Below are positions 36,901-46,618 of a stretch of 64,000 nucleotides of DNA, piece after piece; within the stretch, counting starts at the first letter, position 1, and each line of letters opens with the position of its first letter. The position numbers and the translations under genes are program-made. The notes beneath the pieces are model-generated. The model saw only the letters and a list, made by a program, of their open reading frames with translations, made no database searches and had not been told where the DNA came from. Source of the DNA: Balanoglossus misakiensis (Eukaryota > Animalia > Hemichordata); assembly GCA_040954595.2 (NCBI GenBank), contig CM082576.2:1371403-1435402 (forward strand). The letters are read 5' to 3'.

Positions 36901-39900
36901 TGACTGAAACAATTTTTTGTAAAGAAAGTTGTACATTAGAGTCTAGTGATGGGCCTATCATACTGAGTAAAGATAAGGTGACACACATCTTAGGAAAATG
37001 TTGATCACAAATGTATATGCCAATACATTTCAAGAAATGGTTGGTGTTACCCAAAAGACACACTGGTTTTCCAGTTGATGAAGTATTTGTTGACATAACT
37101 GCAAATTACAAATCAAACCTGGACTTTTATTGAAATCACAGCGTTTGGCAATTTCTTGTGAATCGTGCTGAGTTAGTGTTGTCAATACAATTGACCACAT
37201 TTGGGTTTTTCTGATGGTGTGGATGCAATCAAATAAAATAAACAGGGATGAAAGTTATAAGAGAAATTCGCTCAAATGTCAGCATGTTCTCCATCATGTT
37301 TGTTGGAAAGCAATCAGTGGAAATCAAACATTTTCTGGCAGCCCAATATGCGATATGAACAATTTTGTGTCAGTTAATTATGGTTTAAGAAGAATAATGA
37401 TATGAACAGTTTTCTTGTGTTACAGAGAAATTTGTGTCAATGATGTCTCATATTTGCTTCGAGGGTTTACTGCTAGATGTTACTTGTCACTACAGGTTGC
37501 TATGGCAACAACCTTTAGCAACAAAAAGTGAGTCGCCATAGAGTGTTACCAAAGGCTCTGAACTGCATGATGTCTTGGAACATTGCCAAAATTGAAATTT
37601 CTCAAATTCCAAATATGGTAGCAGCTAACAAACCTAATTCATTTTTAATATCCATCAGACATTTGTCTTTTATTCAGCAGCTATTTGTAGAAGAAACAGA
37701 CCTTTATTTGTGGATGATGGGATACGTAAAAAATCTTGACAGAAATGAACAAAAGAGTTTTCTTCTGTGTGACAATGTTCAAGCAGTAAATTTCTGGAAC
37801 AATTCAAATATAAATGTGATGTTTATAGATAAAGCCAAGCTGCAGAATTGGAAGATAATTATCATTCATGATCAAGTAGAGAGAACCTTGAATGGTTATT
37901 ACAGTCTCACTAATGTACACCTTGTTACACCCATCAACTCCAAAGAAACCTCTCTCCCACACTCCATTAACAACTTCCTTCACTTAGACTGTGATGTACA
38001 AATACCTTTTTCATCGTAAATGCATCTTCCTGAACTGCTCTAGATACAGTGAGTCAGTATCAAGCGGCAAGGGAATTTGCCTTTAAGTAGAGCAATACAC
38101 ATCAATATGCGAGAAAAACGCCTTAAATTGAGAAATTGTCAAAGCAATCTAATCTGTTAATCCTGCCATCATATCTATGAATTATTTCACAAGAGATTTT
38201 AGTAACTTTCCCAACTGATGCCAAAGGATATTTAAGCAGTTTAAACATGTATACAACTGTACACAACAAAAAATTCACAAAAATTTATTTAATTTCTTTT
38301 CCAGTTTTATTGCAAAATTTATGCTGGAGTAGAATTGTTTCAAAACCAAAATGAAATATGGTATTCATCATCATGATAACAAGAACACTGATATTAAAAA
38401 AATCAACTCCATGGGATTTACAAATTTGTTAGCATTTGAATTTCAAACATTGTTTAGTTTAGGATATCCACCAGTACTATTATTTAACATTTTGGTTTTG
38501 ATAGCTTAGTGGCTAATTTGCATAGCAATACTGTGAGATGGTTGATTACCAGCAACCCTGTATCATATGAAATCTGAACACAGTATTAATTGAAAAGCTT
38601 GATTAGATAGCCCCTTAAAGGCTTATCCTTTGAATCTTGGGTAGGGCATTTGATAACCCTTACATATATCAATATCACACTCCTTTTTAATCATAACACA
38701 TGACCTCAACCCTGGCATTTTGCTGCAGGAAATTAAAAGAATGGCATCATCTACTTTGGAAAGAGAAAGTCATAAATAATTTAGGGTTATGCTGTTTGAC
38801 AGTGATTTAACTTTACATAAATCATTTACTTAACAGCCTTCAAACAAGGCCTTACTAGGTAAGGGCACTTTGTACACTAGACACTTAGTAAAATCTATTG
38901 CTTTACTACATGTCACTTGAACTTGTACAGCTACTTTTAACTCCAATGATAGCATACGGACAGCAAATAAAGTATTATTATTATCAACACCTTTCTGTTG
39001 TGGCTTCTTGAGGACCTGTCCAAATGCAGCAAACTCCCAACAATATCTTTCAGTCTGATGAAGGCAATCTTGCATACTGTTACATGTATAAATACATTTC
39101 CAAAAATAACCTGTCATCAAGTTACTTCATATTAAGCATCAAAATTCATTTGTATCTAAAATAGCATATACAAATGATTGACAGTTAAACTGCCAATTAA
39201 AGCAATTTTACATGGATACCCATATTTAATATTCTTTCCTAGTGTTAGTAAGTTACCATTTAATAAATGCTATATGAAACTCTTCAATTGTGGTGGATTT
39301 AATGCACACTGATGTCAAAACAGTTCTTGGATTACAATTCTCTGTGATATCCATCATGTATAACTAATTAACTGTTTGACTTTATTAGAACATGCAACAA
39401 AAGTGAAAAGAACTTCATTGTACAGCTTGTCACAAGATTTTAATGAAAAACCCATTTTGCCTAATTCAGAGCACACAGGTATTACCTGTGGATGTTTATA
39501 TTATACAAGAAGCTTTAATCAGCTACTGTTATTTGTTTAAATAATTATAGAGATGGCAAAATAAAGGTGTACTCTTGCAAACCTTCTAAAATTTTAGCCT
39601 TTTCTTCTATTTCTGTGATTCATCATTGCTTGAACTGAGTCTGACTGAAGAATTTTTGTTATAAAACAGTTGGAAACCCTCCTTCTGAATATAGCCAATG
39701 TATTTGAAGTGGACTACTTAAATCCATACATTGACATCAGCATACAATTAAAAATAGTGGGAAAGTAAGTCAACAACTATAAAACTGTTTTATCGGTCTC
39801 GCGATGGTTTAATAAACCATTAAACCTGTACCATTTATTGGCTACATATTGGAAACAACTATTACAACCTGACCTGACTACCCATGGAGTTAATAAGTGC

Positions 39901-42900
39901 AATATAGTACCCTAATGGCTAGTGAACGTTGATGTTATGTGGATTTCTTTATTGAACTGATGTGATCACCATGGCAAATCCTTTAAAATAAGAAAACATA
40001 CTGTTGTGGATTCTGACAGCATTTGCAAAGAGACCAGTCACAAGGATGATGAAACAACACTGTAGGATTTCTCACTGATGGTGACAACGCTGGCAAGCCG
40101 GGGCTGAGGAATAAGAATTTTAATGCAAGAAATGGACAAACTCCATGGAGAACTGCTCAGGAAATTTCACGATGTAACTTGCAAGAATCTGATGTGGTGT
40201 GTATGGTGACGGTGACAACATCAGGCAACAGAAAGGAAAACACCCGTTGGAAGAAAACAACTTGGACAATACAATCTTCATACCCAGGACAAAGAAAGGG
40301 TGTGCCAAAAAGGATTAGATGAAATCACTTGGAATTATAAATGTGAATCTGAGTACATGTACAAACATCTGCTCAAGCCAAAGTGTATTGGATGGCAGCC
40401 ATTTTGTGTAATTTGCATGAGTGGTCGTAACATGTGGAAGTACAACAAAATATCTAATTAGACTTCTTCAGTTTACACTAATTGGTTAAAAGCAAGCTGT
40501 TGCTACTTGTTATAAAAATGACCTCCTACTCTGACTCTCTTCAATTCCTGTTCACAGCATGTAAGACTGTCGCGTACTGAACATCTATGGCTGCAATGAA
40601 CAGCGAAACAAACACAACAGATGAAATAACCCAGTCAATCCGCATCCTCCATATTGCCTTCGTTTCACTTTTCAGTATCTCCGGGATCATAGGAAACACT
40701 CTGACGGTACTGGCAGTCTGCACAACACCAAAACTGAAGACAATACCCAATTATTTCATCGCTAACTTGGCACTGTCAGATCTGCTGGTATGTGTGATCT
40801 GTGAACCTTTCCATGCAATCAGCATCTTCTACCAGAAGTGGACTTTGCCACATGAACTATGTGTCTTCCTGGCTATAGTGCTTCTTACTTCAGTGCACAC
40901 ATCTGTCATCAACCTGGCTTGCATTGCAGTCAACAGATACATCAACATAACTGGAGTGTCCACATGTCAAAGAATTTACACAGTAAGAACCACTGCTGCA
41001 ATGTGTATATTTTCATGGTTAGTTCCATTGCTTGTGTTCCTACTGCCACAGGCTGGATGGGGTGAACTTGGCTTCAACAACAAGGTCATGGTTTGTGGTT
41101 TCTCATTGAGCAGAGAAAACAATACCTTTTCAATGTTCGTGACTGTTGCACTGTTGGCCACAAGCTACATAACCATTATCATCTGCTACTTCAAAATCTA
41201 CAGGTTTGTACATGCCAGTCGTCGCCGGGTAGCCAATCATAACGTGAATGCAGCAGCATCTACAGTGGGTAGAATTTCCACTATAACACAGCCGTCCATG
41301 AAACAACCACATAAAGACACAAAACTAGCAGTGAACTTATTCATTGTTTTTCTGTTGTATTCCGTCTGCTGGTTACCGTATGCAGTAGTCACCAATACAG
41401 CAAGGAGTATGGGAATCAATTTCAGTCGATCGGTCTGGATTCTTGTTACATCACTTGCACTACTGAACTCATCTCTAAATTTTATCATCTATGCGTGGCG
41501 AAATAAGCATTATAGACATGCCTACATCAAGATACTCAGCTGTCGAAAGTAAAATCCACTTACAAACAAGTGTGTTGGTCATTTTCTAGAAAACATCACT
41601 TCATGTTGTTCAAAATGCCTTTTTTGTCAAATAAGTGTATATTCCTTGATCACTCCACATATAAATTAAAAATTCTTTAAGAATCCATGATAACTGTAGT
41701 GTAATATACATTCATAACCAGATATTTCTTGTATTCTGGAATTTATTCATTTCAAAGAAGCCATATATTTAGACAAAAAACTAATCTGTATAAATTTCCA
41801 AGAAGCCATATGTTAAAAGTCATCATCTGTAGTAAGAGTAAATTTCCGAGAAGTGCTACAATGACGCAGCCATTAAGTGCAATTTGTGATTTTCCAAGAA
41901 GCCATACGTAACACACTAATAAGGGCAACTTCTTTTATTCTCTCATCATACGCCTCTTAGCAAGATGAGTGTGTATCACACAGGAAGACAAACAGAAAAA
42001 AAGCCTGGGTCAGGGTTGCATAAGGATAAGCCTTTGGATGGATTTTGAACAGGTGAAAAATTTGAATGAGTTGGTTTTGAGAGGGTATACGCCCACTTGT
42101 TAATTTTACTAGCCAGTTATCTAACCACCGTGGGCAAGATACAGTGCAAGACGAACATAACTTGATTTCATAACCTGCAGTGATTGTATAAGTTGTGTTT
42201 GCCATGACAAATGGGGTGGGGTGGGTAATTAGACACGACTTCAGCCAACAATTATTCTGCTTTCAGGGAGTAAGCCCTGAGACAGTCAAATTAAGATACA
42301 CGAGAACAACGGACAATAACTACAGGAACATGTTCAAATTAGCCACCTACCTTCCATTATTTCTCTGGATTCCTTGAGATATTTCGTGCTTGCTGACGAC
42401 ATCTTGGCAGGCTTGTAGAAAATTGGAGGCTTACTTTTAGTTCTAATGAAGTTACACAAGTTCCTGTTATGAGCATCCCATTCTTCTTGCTAAAGAGAGA
42501 AAATCAATTAATATTGAGTAGAGCCAATTATGTCAAGAAATTCTTGGTAGTATCTGTGTGGTATCTGCAATCCTTAAAGGGTGTATGGCCAGCGTAATTC
42601 CTCTATATGGTCAAAAATCATTTTACTATAAAGTCTGGTTAGTCAAAAACAGAAGAATATATTCTTTATTATACAATTTAGTCTTGGAGAACATGGCATC
42701 ACACAAATCATGCACAGATGTGTAGAGCTGTAACATGCATGTACTCTCTTTAATATTTTACAAGCATTTTGATGATCGATTTTCCAGACAATTTTCACTT
42801 AACTTGATGGAAAGCCATGTCTTTTAACAGCGGTGAAGTTTTGAAATGTCAGGGGACAGGCAGAGTGTTGTGGACCATGGCTAAATTATATTCAGTTAAT

Positions 42901-45900
42901 AATATATTAACAACCGCAGTAATCCATCAGTCATCCTATAACTGTCAACATATACTCAGTCACTCAATCATGTTCCAGTACTGTATCTTGGCAAATTGCA
43001 GGATTAACCTAATTCTTCTGTTTTAATGGCATATGTTCCATATGCCATTAAAAGGTCCTAATGCAAACACGCCATTATTGGAGAGGGACCCCCATGCCTT
43101 CTGTTTAATCTTGACTAGGTTCAATACTAAGGGTCACAATTTCAGGACATGATGGAAATGAACAATTTAAAATGAGAACTGAAGTGAATTTGGAACGAAA
43201 ATGTCAAATTTACATCATGTTATTTAGTAAATTTATTGACAAAACATATTTTGTACACTTAAGGTAATCACTCCGATCTATAAATCAAAGCTGTCAGGTG
43301 AGGATGAATTTTCTACGAATTTTCTCCACTGAATGGTTCTGTGATTTCCAAGGACTTTTCAGAGTAAAACTGATGATTTTCCAGCCTTTATAAAACATTC
43401 AGGAATAAGTGTAACAACAAGGACAGCCCACTCAGTTAATTTACATAAAAGCATGTCACATATATTACCATACAATTATATTTTGAGTTACGATCCTCAA
43501 ATAACCAATGTACTAGTGTATCCTTGACACCAACATGGGTGATTTTGGGGGTTACTTGGTTGTGACTTTCAATGTAAACAATTCACTTCAGAAAAAATGA
43601 CACATTAAAGTACCATGCATATTGGCATTGCTCTGACTGATTGATTTATATTCTAAATAACATGTTATGAGTCTCGTATCAGTAATGACTTACCATCTCA
43701 GCAAGTTCCATCAATCTTTGTAATTTATTCAGTTCATGTTGTTTACTTTTTCTTTTTTGGAACAGTTCTCTTCTCTCCATTGCCACGGCCATTTTCTCTT
43801 GCTGCGCCTGCTCTTCCAATTTTTTTTCAATTTTATTTCTGCGTTGTTCCTGTAGAAGAAAGCAACCTCTTTGTTTAATACTTTCATACTTGTACTATTC
43901 TTGTAAATACAGAACTAAGCTGGTTTAATTTCAAATACAGTAGTTAAGTTTCTCTCTCTGAATCATGTAGAAGGTATTGGTGGCCAGTAAAGCCCAATGA
44001 TTTCTGATAAGTTGCTTCATATATTCCAAGCCACTTTCAAATTGGAGTGAGAAAACATTTCATGCCACCACTAGAGGGCAGTCATTAAGCTTGTTTGCCT
44101 TACCTTTTCACTTTTCTGAGTGGCATCAACTTTAAATTTCTGAAGAGTACCCATTAGGAGACCAAACATACGCCGATTCCTATAATACACACAAATACAT
44201 GAGTAAGAGTTCACACCTGAAAACAGAACATTTCCTCTCTTGATGTATTTTGAGGATGTTAGAGATATACCCTTTAAGGCCATCCCATTGTGAGTGCACA
44301 CGGTGGTGGCCGACTAGCACTGTGGAAAAAAACCTAAACTGGGTCAAGGCTCTCAAAACCTCAAAATACATACCTCTGCAGTCCCTTTTTATCTGCTGAA
44401 GCTTCTGCCAGGGAATCTTTACGAGTTCGTGTGTCTTTAGGGGTAGCAACAACTGAAGACTGTAATCCCGGCTGTGAAGGTAAAAGAGGGAAAGAAGAAT
44501 CATCAATTGTTCTCTATTTTTTTACAACAATGAATTTTTTATCTTAAAATGTGAAGATGATGACAGAGGAAAACAAACACATGTTATCTTTCCACCTCTG
44601 ACAACAGAAAAAGAGTTTTCTAATTTGCTCTGCAATCATATTTACCTTGCGGTCCAATACATCATCATCGTCATCATCACTTTCCCTCCGACGACCACGT
44701 TCTCCACCAACTCTGCCACCCAATCTATAAGAAAGAGTTAGTGGATATCATATGGCTGAAACAATGTAAGGAGCTATGTACACTGTGATATGGAATTTAG
44801 ATTTCTGAGAGTATTAGTTTTCAAGAACATGGGATGCACATGTATGCTGACAGAAGGTACTGTGAGCTGATAAGACTGACCACTATAAATGAAGATTGTA
44901 CAACAAGACCTCAATAAAGTCCAGATTCTGATTCAATAATCTCTTGCTGTAGTTGGATTGAAGCAACGACACACATGAATCCACTTTTTAAACTTAGAAA
45001 GATAGAGATTTGGCAAAGCACAAAAAAAAGCCTGTAAATGTATAAGATGTTCTGTGAGCACATGTTCTATGTACCTGTTGAAGGCACTTCCACGCAGTCT
45101 CTTCTGGGGTGGCCCTCCTCCTTGCCGATCGAAGGATTCTCTCCTGTCAAGCATGCAAAGAACAAGTTACAATTTTGTTTACAATTTCTTAATACTTGGC
45201 TCATATTTTTATATATGTGCATCGGGCAACAATCTTCAGACACTGATTTACATAGTCTGAATGACAAACATTACAAGAATAAAAGAATTTCAATATACCT
45301 GATGACCCGGATGTCAGCGCCTCTACCCCTAAAGCTTTGGCCTCCTATTGAAACTCTTCTTTGATCACCAACACTTGGTCTACAACAAATGTATATGTAT
45401 ATGTATATATAGGGCCAATGAAACTGACCAACCATGATTTTTGTACATTTTAGGGTATGACAGTAAGTTCCAGATACAAACATGTAGTACAGTGGTTAAA
45501 CCCTTTCACCCCCATGGTTTGTTCCAACGCCAATGTTTCCAATATCAGTGTTGGACCAATATACAGGGGAAATGGGGGTGAAAGGGTTAAGGTACTGTAG
45601 TAAATCCCCGGATAATGGAGGTAGGGGTGATTCTTGATGTCTATTGTCTATTCGTGGTCACGACGTATTATAATCTCCAGACGACACCTGACTTTAAACT
45701 AAATTCTCCATGGGGCAAAAGCAATTTCCCCTTATTGATAAATGGTCAAATGTTGTCGGAATTAACTGAAGCACTGGTGGACCTGGCAGTCTCCTAATGT
45801 ACTAACAATGTATTACAGACTAACCAGTATGTAAAGTTGGTCAGTCGAGTACATGTAGTCCACTATGGACCCTGGCATGGCCCTGTAAAACATGGTGGTT

Positions 45901-46063
45901 TAAAGAATTACGATACCTATCTGAAAACTGGTACCCACCTTCTCTCTGTAGGATCTCTCCCAGTAAGCTTTTTTATGTTCTCGTCAACGCTTTGCAAACT
46001 TTCTTTGGCCTGTTCCAATTTTTGTTGCAGGTCTGCCACAGCACCACGCGATTCAAACGCCAT
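30954..46063 (-). CDS. PNN: Pinin (~430 aa), 9 coding exons with a 10.9-kb last intron
   Basis: In-phase exons 46063-45939, 45379-45299, 45143-45075, 44724-44646, 44471-44374, 44179-44104, 43849-43694, 42489-42351, 31423-30954. Motifs: [64 protein letters not shown], then an acidic tail. Joining the last exon rests on phase 1 compatibility and sequence continuity (MEEIMKKRR). Confidence 0.85.
33473..34520. repeat. Degenerate local repeat (units containing AGTCTACAGAGATT and CATGACAGTTGT...GTTGTAGAAAAT)
   Basis: Related blocks near 33473, 33577, 33756 and 34455, compared by eye. Confidence 0.5.
34912..35955 (+). CDS. Intronless class A GPCR, melatonin-receptor/GPR84-Tre1-like (347 aa), nested antisense in the PNN last intron
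   Basis: 7 TM segments; GN, LAAAD, INRS at the DRY position, CMCP, and NCIVY (no Pro). Acceptor tttttcag at ~34828 implies a 5' UTR intron. Confidence 0.88.
   Translation: MEFTSSEALESHQLHSTHNDSDADNDYHVNSLSSSEAWIAFQVLMMSVFCISGTFGNILTIVAVFKTNKLQTIPNYFIVNLAAADLIVCLLLEPFCIFTIIHKGCFLSQALCQMLAVATVTSMGASVLSMVVIAINRSINITKPLQIYEDLYTKKRTVWMCIAIWLVPLIFSLLFLLPMKFATLAYNPVILSCTLVPSGNTPNVLLIFNLVSLGICYSVLLICYMKIYNIVRLNRNRVCGLQNQQPSSSSTTDNPLQGDLCSRAKQIELHVAFNVLIIFILFLICMCPYMVVSSIGVSENLHPSVGALITMVAYANSSVNCIVYASRNKVYREAYYRILTRKCTTTT
37496..37509. promoter_or_regulatory. RFX X-box
   Basis: GTTGCTATGGCAAC is a near-perfect 14-bp palindromic X-box, with an extra half-site (TTAGCAAC) a few bases downstream. Confidence 0.55.
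40587..41552 (+). CDS. Intronless class A GPCR, melatonin-receptor/GPR84-Tre1-like (321 aa), paralog of 34912-35955, nested in the PNN last intron
   Basis: 7 TM segments; NRY motif, CWLP, and NFIIY. Shares KL.TIPNYFI.NLA..DL.VC..EPF and Y..RNK.YR.AY..IL with the neighbouring GPCR. Acceptor ttcacag at ~40557. Confidence 0.9.
   Translation: MAAMNSETNTTDEITQSIRILHIAFVSLFSISGIIGNTLTVLAVCTTPKLKTIPNYFIANLALSDLLVCVICEPFHAISIFYQKWTLPHELCVFLAIVLLTSVHTSVINLACIAVNRYINITGVSTCQRIYTVRTTAAMCIFSWLVPLLVFLLPQAGWGELGFNNKVMVCGFSLSRENNTFSMFVTVALLATSYITIIICYFKIYRFVHASRRRVANHNVNAAASTVGRISTITQPSMKQPHKDTKLAVNLFIVFLLYSVCWLPYAVVTNTARSMGINFSRSVWILVTSLALLNSSLNFIIYAWRNKHYRHAYIKILSCRK
41749..41908. repeat. Four-unit ~47-bp degenerate repeat, each unit with a TTCNNNGAA (STAT/GAS-type) core
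   Basis: TTCAAAGAA 41751, TTCCAAGAA 41796, TTCCGAGAA 41844, TTCCAAGAA 41892; three of the four are followed by GCCATA. Confidence 0.65.
43021..43053. repeat. Perfect hairpin: 15-bp arms, 3-nt loop
   Basis: TTTTAATGGCATATG-TTC-CATATGCCATTAAAA. Confidence 0.85.
44068..44081 (+). promoter_or_regulatory. CTCF motif in PNN intron 6
   Basis: CCACTAGAGGGCAG matches the canonical CTCF core. Confidence 0.55.
45501..45586. mobile_element. piggyBac-type MITE (86 bp) in PNN intron 1
   Basis: Perfect 15-bp terminal inverted repeats CCCTTTCACCCCCAT / ATGGGGGTGAAAGGG; flanks are TTAAA (left) and TTAA (right). Confidence 0.75.
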
Positions 46064-46618
46064 GATTGATCAAGATGCTCTATGGTTAGCTTCGGATTCG
46101 GATTCAGTGCAGTGGCCAGAACACACGTTTGACACTGAGGGCGCTATACCACTGAATCCGGGGTCACATGGGGTCACAGGTGCATGAGGAGAGAATGCCC
46201 CTAGCGTAATCATGCTAGGAAGTTTCTGAAATTTAGGGATTTTAGCTATCAGTATAACCTCAGAAGTAGGTTTTGATTAAAGTAGAAAGGTTGTAGTACC
46301 ATACATGGGTGGCAGTGAGGAAGGGTGTCTCACTGCCAGACATACATAGTTGTTTTGCATCCAAACATTCAAAACAATAAACATTCATTTTATATAGTTG
46401 CATTATTTTATTTCATACATTTTTAGTAGTCTGTAAAGAATAAATCCAAGTACAACTACAGTTAGCTACTTGTTTATGAGTTGACATGCAAGTAATATTT
46501 TATATTGTGCTATGCACAATTATAACATTACACTATATATTGAGGGGAACTTTGTAAGATGCCTTGCAACATCAGCTGACAGCAAAGTGACCACATTAAA
46601 AATCATAGTCATTAAATA

